From contig OZ024757.1 in NCBI GenBank assembly GCA_964016885.1, positions 8,060,001-8,124,000 on the forward strand: DNA of 64,000 nt. The letters run 5' to 3'. The position numbers and the translations under genes were made by a program. The notes beneath the pieces were generated by a model, which searched no databases, had not been told where the DNA came from, and saw only the letters and a program-made list of their open reading frames with translations. Below, piece by piece: positions 52,701 through 64,000 of this stretch (the first letter of the stretch is position 1; each line of letters starts with the position of its first letter). The stretch comes from Eledone cirrhosa. Lineage: Eukaryota.

Positions 52701-52900
52701 CTACAGATTAGATAGGAAATATATATGTATTAGGTTGATATGTGGTCTAAAATATATATATTGTCTATAAATGACTGATAGCAGATGTTCTGGTGAAATA
52801 GTAGTTTTACTACTACAGATTGTAATGGAACTCCTAGTAGACACAATTGTAAAGTAAGAATAGATATGACAGTGTAAGACTGATGTCGGGGAGAAAAAAC

Positions 52901-52961
<61 letters not shown>

Positions 52962-53809
52962 GTTACACAAGATATAATTAGATTGAGAAGGCAACAGGTA
53001 CTCGATGTCGTTGGAAATGATTTAACTTCCTTGCCGGTGTCATTAGTTAAAAGTCCCTGATATAATTTAATACATTCAGACAGTTCCAATCGTATTTAAC
53101 CGATAGTAAATGAAAAGGAATCACTCAGTAAAATATCAATTATATATCGATGTAGTGTCTCTGACTGCTAGAAATAGCAGTGAAATTATCCATTACAGAC
53201 TTTTCTTTCTTTAAACTCTTACGTTTAGTAGATGTTTGTGTTGAGTATTTGTGTATTGTATGACGGAAGTCACCATTGAAGATGTTAAAAGCAATGTTGT
53301 GGAAAATAGCATCGTACGACTTTATAATTGTTTATATATAATTTATTTACAGATTACAAAGGTTATAATAATGTCTCTTGAGAGGATAGTTAATGTTATC
53401 AATAAAAAGGTTATAAAGATTTAAAGACGTACGGTCAACTGGCTGAGGCGTTAGCCAGACCTCTAGAGATATCTGTTGCTACATATTGTCTATGCTTGAG
53501 GAACGAAAGCAAGAGATGTTTACCTTCACGGTGTCGAGCTGCAAGAGAGAGAGTTTCGAATCTCCGCAGGAATTTTTCCTTCTGGGCGGAGGTCGAGATA
53601 CATTTTCCTACGCTGGTAGCGATTGGCTGAACTGAGCCAAACAACGCACAGAGAATGTATCCATGAGCCCTCGGAATGTAGGTCACTACAATACCCTCCA
53701 TTTAGTCTGCAAGACGATATATATGATTGAATCAGCAGGAAAAAGGCTTAAAGAGAGGACATCAATGAATATATATATATATATATGTATATATATATGA
53801 TATATATGT

Positions 53810-54605
53810 ACAGGTGTGGACGATATTTGGTCGCAATTTTCAACTACTAATGTTATGCAAATTTCTTTTACTTCCGTTGTCACTCTTGTCCTCATAAAAA
53901 CAGTGACTAGATTTCCATTATTTATTTTCAGAATAATTGATTATGAATAATTTTGAACCTCCAAATTTGTGGAAGAGACACGGAGTTCTTCTTGGAACCT
54001 GTGCCGGGAAGACAAATAAGACCAGAAGATCAACTCCCAGAACAACAGGTGGCTCGCTGTCTCATCCAAAGACGTGCCCAGAGTCATGCACATAAAGTTT
54101 CCACCGACAACATTGGTCTTAGGTGTCGTCAGCAGTCAAGGTGACGTAATGCCACTTGACTGCTTCCCTGAGGGTCTCAAGCTGAACACCGATGGCTACA
54201 TTCGCGTTCTGAGCGAGGTAGTAAAGCCCTGGATCAACCAGGTAGCTGCAGGTAGGGCATACGTGTGGCAGCAAGACTCAGCGCCCTGCCATACCAGCCA
54301 AAAGGTCCAAGCCTGGCTGTCAGAGAACTTCATCGACCTCACCTCCCCTGACATCTGGCGTCCCAACTAGCCTGACTGCAATCCTCTCGACTTCTTTGTG
54401 TGGGGCGCAGTGGAACGAGACACCAACAGATCCAGCTGCAATACGAAAGACGATCTGAAAGCCAGGATCACAAGTGCCTTTAGGGGCCTAAATCAGGGGA
54501 CAGTGACGAAGGCTTGTAGCCGGTTTCGAGGCCGTCATCAAAGCCAATGGCGGGTTATTTTTTCGTAGACAGTAATCTTGCAAATATTTATTGTCCGCAC
54601 CCTGT
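53810..54605 (+). mobile_element. Non-autonomous DD37D (maT) Tc1/mariner element
   Basis: TIRs, TA flanks, WQQDSAPCH...WRPN*PDCNPLD; small deletion near the right end. Confidence 0.88.
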
Positions 54606-54659
54606 ATGTATACATATATAATATATGATATATAATATATATATATATATGTATATATA

Positions 54660-56135
54660 AAAAGGGGATGCTCTGGAGAGGAGCAATTATAGGGGTATAA
54701 AACTGATGGATCGTGTTATGAAAGTGGCAGAAAGGATATTAGCACAACTAATTAGAGAAAGGGTCAAACTAGATGAGATGCAGTTTGGTTTTGTGCCTGG
54801 GAAAAGTACAACAGATGCCCTCTTCTTGGTGAGACAATTGCAAGAGAGGTTCTTAGAGAAGAATAAGTCACTATACATAGCCTTTGTTGACCTAGAGAAG
54901 GCCTTTGATAGGGTACCCCAATCTGTCATCTGGTGGTCCCTAAGGAAACTAGGTGTTGAGGAATGGCTTGTGAGGACAGTGCAAACTATGTACAGAGGTG
55001 CTGTCAGTAAAGTCAGGGTAGGAATGGAGTTTATTGAGGAATTCCAGATACAAGTAGTACATCAAGGTTCGGTCCTCAGCCTGCTCTTATTCATTATAGT
55101 ACTCCAAGCCATAACAGAGGAGTTTAAGGCTGGCTGTCCATGGGAACTTTTCTATGCTGACGATCTGGTTATTATAGCAGAATCAGTAGAGTTGCTAGAG
55201 AATAAATTCTGGCTATGGAAACAGCAGTTGGAAGCAAGAGGACTGAGGGTGAACCTAGCTAAGACAAAAGTGTTGATGAGTAGAAAAGAGGACAAAACTC
55301 TGATTCCGTCAGGGAAATGGCCATGTTCGATATGCAGAAAAGGAACTGGCATAAATTCTATAAAATGCACACAATGCAGATCTTGGGTACACAAGAGATG
55401 TAGCGGGATAGCAGGCAAACTAACAGATAGGGAGAAATATGTATGCAGTAGATGTACAGGGAAATTAGACATTAGAAGTCACATTGATAGACACATTTTT
55501 CAAATGCAGGAGGGCGCTATAGAAGTGGTGGATAGCTTCCGGTACCTAGGAGATCAGATTAGCATGGGATGAGGGTGTTCCGAGGCCATAGTGTCGAGAA
55601 TAAGGAGGGGTTGGAAGAAGTTTAGGCATCTGCTGACGAAGAAGGGTTTCTCCCTGCGTACGAAAGGCCGGTTGTATGATGCCTGTGTGAGGAGCGCGAT
55701 GCTGCATGGTAGTGAGACATGGGCAGCAACTGCAGAGGATATGTGACGGCTGGAGAGAAATGAGGCAAGCATGCTCCGTTGGATGTGCAGTGTAAATGTG
55801 CTTGAACGACTCAGCATGAATGTGTTGAGAGAGAAACTGTGTCTGAGAGGGATAGAGTGTAGTGTACGGGAGAGGAGACTGAGGTGGTATGGATATGTGA
55901 TGCGCATGGAGGATGACCGATGGGTGAAGAAGTGCCAGAAAATGCCAGTTGAAGGAAGACATGGTAGAGGTAGACCACGAAAAACATGGGCGGAGGTGGT
56001 GAGAACAGACCTCAGATCATTGAAGCTCACGGTGGAGATGACGAAGGATCGTGACGAGTGGAGAGATGCTGTGCTGAATAAGACCCGTCCCACCCTGGCA
56101 AGCAGGGAAAAGCGAACGTAAAATGATGATGATGA
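54660..56135 (+). mobile_element. RTE family B fragment
   Basis: ORFs 54706-55572 (FYADD, full C4HC3 motif) and 55771-56121; (ATG)n tail. Confidence 0.92.
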
Positions 56136-56499
56136 TATATATATATATATCATCACTGTTTTACGTCCGTTCTTCTATGCAAGCATGGGTTAGACGGGTT
56201 GTCCTGTTGTGGGCATTGTCCGGCTGGCTGACCTTGTCTTGCTCATACGGGAACTGATTCTGCCTTGATTTCTACAGCTGGATACGCTTCCTAACACCAA
56301 CCTTATTTACACTGAGACATGGGTACTTTTCTTCCGTGGTGCCTACATGTCCACTTTATAGTACGGGTTGATATATATATAATATATATATATTATATAT
56401 ATAATATATATATAACATATATATATATATATAATATATATATATCATATAATATATATAACATATATATATATATAATATAATATATCTATATATATC

Positions 56500-57599
56500 T
56501 GAGAGACAGACTGAGCATCAGAGGAATCAAATGCTGTGTGCAGGAGAGGCGGTTGCGTTGGTATGGACATGTGATGCGTATGAAGGATGACAGCTGATCT
56601 CAGGAAGCTTAATTAACAATGTAGGATTCACATGCAGCAGCTGTGCTGAGACAGCAAGCAGCAAGCAGCCACAGGAAACAAGTACCACCAATCTCTGGGA
56701 AGGCCCTGTAGAAACAGTAGACAGCTTCTGCTACCTAGGTGACCGAATTAGCAGCGGAGGTGGGTGTTCAGAAAGTACAATAACTAGGGTAAGAACAGGA
56801 TGGAAGAAGTTTAGGGAACTACTACCACTGCTAGCTGCAAAAGGCTTCTCCCAAAGAATGAAAGGCAGACTGTATGATGCGTGTATCCCAACAGCGATGT
56901 TGCATGGTAGCGAGACCTGGGCGCTGAAGGTGGAAGACTTACGGAGATTAGAGAGAAACGAAGCCTGCATGCTGGATGTGTAACAGTAATATACGTGAAC
57001 AACAAAGCATAAATGAATTGAGAGAGAGACTGAGCATAAGAGGAATCAAATGCTGTGTGCAGGAAGGCAGTTGCGCTGGTATGGACATGTGATGCGTATG
57101 AAGGATGACAGTTGCATAAAAAGGTGCAGAGCACTAGAAGTTGATGGAAACCGCGGAGTGGGGAGACCCAAGATGACCTGGGATGAGGTGATAAAAGCCG
57201 ACCTTATCCAATTACACCTCTGAAAGACAATGACACATGACCATGACTTCTGGCGTCACGCAGTAATACAGAGCACCCGACCTCCCATGGGTACAAGCTG
57301 AAGCATATAGAAAATATGCCCCACACCCCCCACTGCAAGGTGGTCGTGGAGGTGCCACGGCAAAAAAGCACCCAGCCCACACTGTAAAGTGGACGTGTAG
57401 GCGCCACGAAAAAGCACCCAGCACTCACTGTAAATGAGGTTGGTGTTAGGAAGGGCATCCAGCTGTAGAAATCAAGCCAAATCAGTTCCTTCATGAGCAA
57501 GGAATGGTCAGCCGACCAGACACTGCCTACAACAGGACAACCCGTCTAACCCATGCTAACGTGGAAGAACATACGTAAAACAGTGATGATGATGATGAT
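56500..57599 (+). mobile_element. RTE family D 3' portion with internal duplication
   Basis: Two copies of GAGCATCAGAGGAATCAAATGCTG...GGATGACAG (56510-56595, 57030-57110); the paralog at 26960 has only one. Confidence 0.8.
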
Positions 57600-60152
57600 A
57601 TCTAAAATAGAGAATGCCTAAAACTCAAGAACCACCCAACTGATTGTTTTCAAACTTTACACATGTAATACTTATAGTCCTGTGAGCGTTTTGAGGAGAA
57701 AAGTTTCAAATTTTCAATGCCCTAGGGACCGCATTAGGCGATTTAGCGATCTCCAGCACATTCGGCTAGTAATATATATATAATATATATGGCTTAGTGG
57801 TTAGAACATTGGGCTTGTAATTGAAAGGTTGTGAGTTCAAATCTCGGACTGGGTGATGTGTTATGTCCTTGAGCAAGACACTTTACTTCACGTTGCTCCT
57901 TCTACCTGGAGTTGTGACCAGTAGATAGTATTAGCAATTGGAAAGACCAATGGAAACATTGTTTCTTCGGTCCAATTTGACGAAAGTCGATCGACTGACG
58001 ATATATATATGTATATATATATATTATACATATATATATAATATATATATATATGTGTCACTTGCTGGATCTGCTAGAAGGACCCAGATAATATGAGATG
58101 TTCTCCTGGCTGTATCATATACTGCAAATCTATGCAGATGTATACACATATATACACAAACACATAAAGATACACTTGTAATTATACACACATTGAAGTG
58201 GTTGATAGCTTCTGTGACTTAATTAGCAGTGGAGGATGACTGTATAACACCTGCCAATAAAATATGATGCTGCATGGTAGTGAAACAAGGGCTGTGACAG
58301 TAGAAAAAAAGTGTAGACTGGAGAGGAATGAAGCAACCATGATACATTGGATGTGCCATTTAAGTGTGAGAGAAAGGCAGAGCTTGGACAAATTGAGGGA
58401 GAAGCTGGGTTTAAGAGGGATCTTATGAGATGTGTAAGAGAGAAGACTGCATTGGTACGGACATGTGATACACATGGATAATGTCAGCTGGGTGAAGAAG
58501 TGCCAGGATATCACAGTAGAAAGAAGCCATAGTAGAGGTACACCAAGAAAGACCTGGACAGAGGCTGTGTGAACTGACTCTCACAGAGGAGATGACAAAG
58601 GAATACGACAAGTTGAAAGATGCCATGTTGAGAAGGACATGTCCAGCCCAAGGAAGCATAGAAAAACGAACATAAAAACAGTGATGATGTTGATGAAGAT
58701 GACGTACATATACACACATACATAATAAATAAATCAAATACAGATATGCACAGTGGAGGCACATGTCTTAGTGGTTAGAGCATTGGCCTTGCAATCGAAA
58801 GGTTGTGAGTTCAATTCTCAGACTGTGTGATGTGTTGTTTCCTTGAGCAAGACACTTTATTTCACATTGCTCCAGTTTATTCAGCTGAAGAAATGAGATG
58901 ATAGGGACTGGGGTTCCTATCATTCCACTGCAAAGTGGTCATGGAGGTGCCACGGCAAAAAGCACCAAGCATTCACTGTAAATGAGGTTGGTGTTAGGAA
59001 GGGCATCCAGCTGTAGAAATCAAGCCAGAATCAATTCAGTCCCACCCTTGCAAGCAGGGAAAAGCGGACACAAAATGATGATGATGATGATATGCACATA
59101 CTTATATACAAACATATACATGGACACAAATTTCTACACACATACATTCACATATAGCATATGTCAATTCTGAACAATACAGTTTAGTCAGCACAAATCT
59201 TGGTTACAACTTCTACAAATAAAACGAAAGAAGAAGAATTTCTTAGTAAAACAGTTTTATTCAAGATATTAACAACATTGGTGGCAGTATTTTAGGTGAG
59301 TGACATGGTTTTTACCTTGTCTGATTGTGTTTGTGTTGCATCAAGTAACCTTTACAAGAGAATTATTTACCACAGACACCACAATGATATGGTTCCTCTC
59401 CTGTATATGTTAGTGTGTAGTGAAGTCACAACATTTAGAGAATGATTTATCACAGACACCACAGGGATATGGTTCCTCTCCTGTATATGTTAGTGTGTAG
59501 GCAGGCCACAACATTTAGAGTATGATTTATCACAGACATCACAGGGATATGGTTCCTTTCCTGTATATTAGTGTGTAGTGAAGCCACAACATTTAGAGAA
59601 TGATTTACTACAGACATCACAGTGATATGGTTCCTCTCCTGTATATTAGTGTCTAGTTAAACCACAACATTTAGAGAATGATTTATCACAGTGATATGGT
59701 TCCTCTCCTGTATGTTAGTGTTTAGTGAAACCAAAACATATAGAGAAGGATTTACCACAGACATCACAGTGATATAGTTCTTCTCCTGTATGTTAGTGTC
59801 TAGTGAAACCAAAATTAGAAAATGATTTACATGGGCTCACGGTGTATATGACAAAGGACCGTGACAAGTGGAGAGATGCTGTGTTGAATAGGACTCATCC
59901 CACCCTTGCAAGCAGGGAAAAGCAGACGTAAAATGATGATGATGATGATGATATGTTTTCCCTCATCTATGCATATATTTAGTTAAATTGCTGCATTAAA
60001 AGATATATCAAAGTGATATGGCTTCCCACCTGTATATATTTGTGTTAATGTAGCATTGAAAGAGAATGATTTACCATAGATATTACACTGATATATATTT
60101 GTATTCTCATTAATTCACAATTTTGCGAGGATTTATCACTGATGTCAATTCG

Positions 60153-61931
60153 TTAAGATTTCTCCTCTGCATGTATGAGTTTGTGAGTAGTTAGGCTACT
60201 TTCCCCAGAGAATGATTTACCACAGTAATCACAGTGGTATGGCTTCTCTCCTGTATGTATATGTTTGTGTCTAGTTAAGGTACTACTTTGAGAGAATGAT
60301 TTACCACAGATATCACAGTGGTACGGCTTGTCTCCTGTATGGGTATGTTTGTGTTTAGTTAAGGTACTACTATCAGAGAATGATTTACCACAGATATCAC
60401 AGCGATATGGCTTCTCACCTGTATGTATTCGTTTGTGTAAAGTTAAGTGACCACTTTGAGAGAATGATTTACCACAGCTATCACAGTGGTATGGCTTGTC
60501 TCCTGTATGGGTATGTTTGTGTTTAGTTAAGGTACTACTATCAGAGAATGATTTACCACAGATATCACAGTGGTATGGCTTGTCTCCTGTATGTATACGT
60601 TTGTGGGAAGTCAAGTGACTACTTCGGGAGAATGATTTACCACAGATATCACAGCGATATGGCTTGTCTCCTGTATGTATACGTTTGTGGGAAGTTAAGT
60701 GACTACTTCGAGAGAATGATTTACCACAGATATCACAGTGAAATGGCTTGTCTCCTGTATGTATACGTTTGTGGGAAGTTAAGTGACTACTTCGAGAGAA
60801 TGATTTACCACAGATATCACAGCGATATGGCTTGTCTCCTGTATGTATATGTTTGTGGCTAGTTAAGGTACTACTTAATGAGAATGATTTACCACAGATA
60901 TCACAATGATATGGCTTGTCTCCTGTATGGGTACGTTTGTGTCTAGTTAAGGTACTACTATCAGAGAATGATTTACCACAGATATCACAGTGGTATGGCT
61001 TCTCTCCTGTATGCATATGTTTGTGTCTAGTTAACTTACTACTTAATGAGAATGATTTACCACAGATATCACAGTGATATGGCTTGTCTCCTGTATGGGT
61101 ACGTTTGTGTCTAGTTAAGGTACTACTATCAGAGAATGATTTACCACAGATATCACAGTGGTATGGCTTCTCTCCTGTATGTATATATTTGTGTCTAGTT
61201 AACTTACTACTCTCAGAGAATGATTTACCACAGATATCACAGTGGTATGGCTTGTCTCCTGTATGCATACATTTGTGGCTAGTTAAGGAACTACTCTCAG
61301 AGAAAGATTTACCACAGATATCACAGTGATATGACATATACCCTGTATGTATACGCAGGTGTGTAGTCAAGGTACTACTTTTATTGAATGATTTACCACA
61401 GATATCACAGTGATATGTCCTCTGTCCTGTATGTATACGTTTATGTCTAGTTAAGTGACTACTTTGAGAGAATGATTTACCACAGATGTCACAGTGGTAT
61501 GGCTTGTCTCCTGTATGGGTACGTAAGTGTTTAGTTAATGCATCACTTCGAGGGAATGTTTTACCACAGATATCACAGTGATATGGCTTCTCACCTGTAT
61601 GTAAATGGTTGTGAGTAGTTAAGGTACTACTTTTAGTGAATGATTTACCACAGATATCACAGTGATATGGCTTCTCACCTGTAGGTAAATGGTTGTGACT
61701 AGTTAGGCTACTTTTCCCAGAGATTGATTTACTACAGATATTACAGTGATATGGTTTGTCTCCTGTATGTATAACTTTGTGAGTAGTTAAGGTACTACGT
61801 ATATTGAATGATTTACCACAGATATTGCAGTGATATGCTTTCTCTTCTCCAACCTTTGTCATCTCGCCCGGAATACTAAACATTTTCGATTGTGTTTCGC
61901 ATTTAACCTTTTCACTCAATTTATTTTCCAT
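60153..61931 (-). CDS. Tandem C2H2 zinc-finger protein, 592 aa, 20 finger units (unit 2 lacks its second His), short N-terminus with no KRAB/ZAD/SCAN-like domain visible
   Basis: Uninterrupted ORF of [10 protein letters not shown]......L..H...HTG(D/E)KP repeats; upstream acceptor at 62109. Confidence 0.93.
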   Translation of the reverse strand: MENKLSEKVKCETQSKMFSIPGEMTKVGEEKAYHCNICGKSFNIRSTLTTHKVIHTGDKPYHCNICSKSISGKSSLTSHNHLPTGEKPYHCDICGKSFTKSSTLTTHNHLHTGEKPYHCDICGKTFPRSDALTKHLRTHTGDKPYHCDICGKSFSQSSHLTRHKRIHTGQRTYHCDICGKSFNKSSTLTTHLRIHTGYMSYHCDICGKSFSESSSLTSHKCMHTGDKPYHCDICGKSFSESSKLTRHKYIHTGEKPYHCDICGKSFSDSSTLTRHKRTHTGDKPYHCDICGKSFSLSSKLTRHKHMHTGEKPYHCDICGKSFSDSSTLTRHKRTHTGDKPYHCDICGKSFSLSSTLTSHKHIHTGDKPYRCDICGKSFSRSSHLTSHKRIHTGDKPFHCDICGKSFSRSSHLTSHKRIHTGDKPYRCDICGKSFSRSSHLTSHKRIHTGDKPYHCDICGKSFSDSSTLTKHKHTHTGDKPYHCDSCGKSFSQSGHLTLHKRIHTGEKPYRCDICGKSFSDSSTLTKHKHTHTGDKPYHCDICGKSFSQSSTLTRHKHIHTGEKPYHCDYCGKSFSGESSLTTHKLIHAEEKS

Positions 61932-64000
61932 AATAATTTTATCTCCAACAGAATATACTTGTAATATTTTTTAGATTATATTCCTAAAAAATATATCTTC
62001 TATATTTCCCTCAACTGTGATTTCAGTTAATAGTCTTCAAATGATGATAAATAGAGGTGATGTATCCGAGATTGAAAATAATAATTTATCCCAATGTCAT
62101 CTGGTATTCTGAAATAAGAAAGAAACAGTATGAGATAATAGAGAATACTTAAGAAGCAGAGATAGATTTAACAGTGGAAATTTTATATTTCTATATTGGT
62201 AGACTGTAGATATCAACTTTCCTGTCCAGAGTAATTCTCTCCAATGCAAACAGTGGTATTCCAGCATGCTCTATAAATGTTATCCTTCTATCTCTAGAGA
62301 AGTCTGCTCTATGGCAGTTTAGTGAAAAATTCCTTCTGATAGGACTCTCTAACATAGCTATTATCTCCTCTCCTGTTGACATGACAACAACAGTTTAACT
62401 TCCATCTTTTTATTAGTAGGAATCAATTGTTTCTCTATATCTTTTTCTTACTTCTTTTCTATCTTCCTCTGGGAGAAATCGGCTGTGTTTATCCTTTGCA
62501 GTTGCTGCCCATGTCTTACTACCATGCAGCATCGCACATCGGCATCATATAACCATCCTTTCGTATGCAGGGACAAACCCTTCTTTGTCAACAGAGAAAG
62601 CAGCTCCCTAGACTTCTTCCAACCCATCCTTATTCTAGATACTATGGCCTCGGAACACCCCTCCCATGCTAATCTGATCACCTAGGTACCGGAAGCTATC
62701 AACCACATCTATAGAACCCACCTGTATTTGAAAAATGTGTTTATCACTGCGATTACTACTGCCAACTTTCCCTATACATCTACTGCATACATAGTTATCC
62801 CTACCTGTTGGTTTGCCTGCTATCCCACTACATCTCTTGTGTACCCAACATCTGCATTGCGTACATTTTATGGAATTTATGCCAGTTCCTTTCCCACATA
62901 TCGAACATGGCCATTTCCACGATGGAATCAGAGTTTTGTCCTCTTTTCTACTCATCAACACTTTTGTTTAAGCTATGTTCACTCTCAGGCCTCCTGATTC
63001 CAACTGCTGTTTCCATAGCCAGAATTTATTCTCTAACCCCTCTACTGATTCGCTGATTCTGCTATAAGAACCAGATCATCAGCATAGAGAAGTTCCCATG
63101 GGCATCCAGTCTTAAACTCCTTTGTTATGGCTTTTAGGCCTATAACGAACAAGAGTAGGCTGAGGACCGAACCTTGACGTACACCTACTTGTATCTGGAA
63201 TTCCTCACTAAACTCCATTCCTACCCTCACTTTACTGACAGCACCCCTGTACATAGCTAGCACTGTCCTCACAAGCCATTCCTCTACACCTAGTTTCCTT
63301 AGGGACCACCAGATGACAGATCAGGGTACCCTATCAAAGGCCCTCTCTAGGTCAATAAAAGATATGTATAGTGACTTATTCTTCTCTAAGAACCTCCTTG
63401 TAGTTGCCTCACTATGAAGAGGGTTTCTGTTGTACTTTTCCGAGGCACAAAACCAAACTGCATCTCATCTAAATTGACCCTTTCTCTAATCAGCTGCGCT
63501 AATATTCTCTCTGCCACTTTCATAACCTGATCCATCAGCTTTATGCCCCTATAATTGCTCCTCTCTAGAGCATCCCCTTTACCTTTGTAGCAATTTATGA
63601 GAATACTGCTGTACCTACATTATATGCTTTCATTATACCATTCTATTTAGATTATATATATTGATTGTCATCATCATCATCGTTTAACGTCTACCTTCCA
63701 TGCTGGCATGGGTTTATATGGGAATTGTCCCACTTGAGGCAAGATTGGTCGGGTGACCGTATCTCACTTGTATAGGACTAGATGGCGGGTTTTCTATGGC
63801 TGGATATCCTTCCTAACACCAACCCCGTTTACAGTGTGGACTGGGAGGTTTTTACCATGTTACCTACACGGCCACATTACAGCGTGGACTGTGTGTTTTT
63901 TTGTCGTGACACCTACACGATCTCATTTATTTAGGACAGGATGTTGTGGTACCAACATAACTTTACAGAGATAGGGTGGTTTTGATGGGGTGGAATAGGG

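Larger units (their letters stand above)
56150..64000. repeat. Direct segmental duplication of ~26600-33960 (offset ~30.04 kb over most of its length)
   Basis: Co-linear and nearly identical through SINEs, Helitron, ZNF gene and RTE fragments. Confidence 0.95.

Overview
AT-rich, repeat-saturated animal genomic DNA, most likely a coleoid cephalopod (octopus-type) C2H2 zinc-finger cluster. The taxon is inferred from the HCDICGKSF-type finger array, the RTE/SINE content and the (TA)n tracts; it is not proven. The only host gene is a single-coding-exon 20-finger C2H2-ZNF on the - strand, present twice about 30.04 kb apart: intact at 60153-61931 and frameshifted at 30114-31890. It has candidate non-coding upstream exons and a decayed-finger 3' UTR. 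The rest is a mosaic of direct and inverted segmental duplications. These are built from decayed RTE-clade LINEs (at least 3-4 families), tRNA-derived SINEs, a DD37D (maT) Tc1/mariner derivative in four copies, MITE/foldback elements, solo-LTR-like elements, a mini-Helitron and mini/microsatellites. Most notable observations: (1) the RTE ORFs carry a C4HC3 PHD-type finger inserted at the C-terminal end of the RT domain; (2) RTE 3' UTRs and SINE tails carry tandem hairpin plus H-type pseudoknot modules with apparent compensatory changes; (3) a ~620 bp palindromic element carries a consensus histone 3' stem-loop in each arm and occurs as flip/flop isomers; (4) a 460 bp inverted copy of the ZNF splice-acceptor region lies in the gene's own putative intron. 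Coordinates of decayed repeats are approximate, read by eye.
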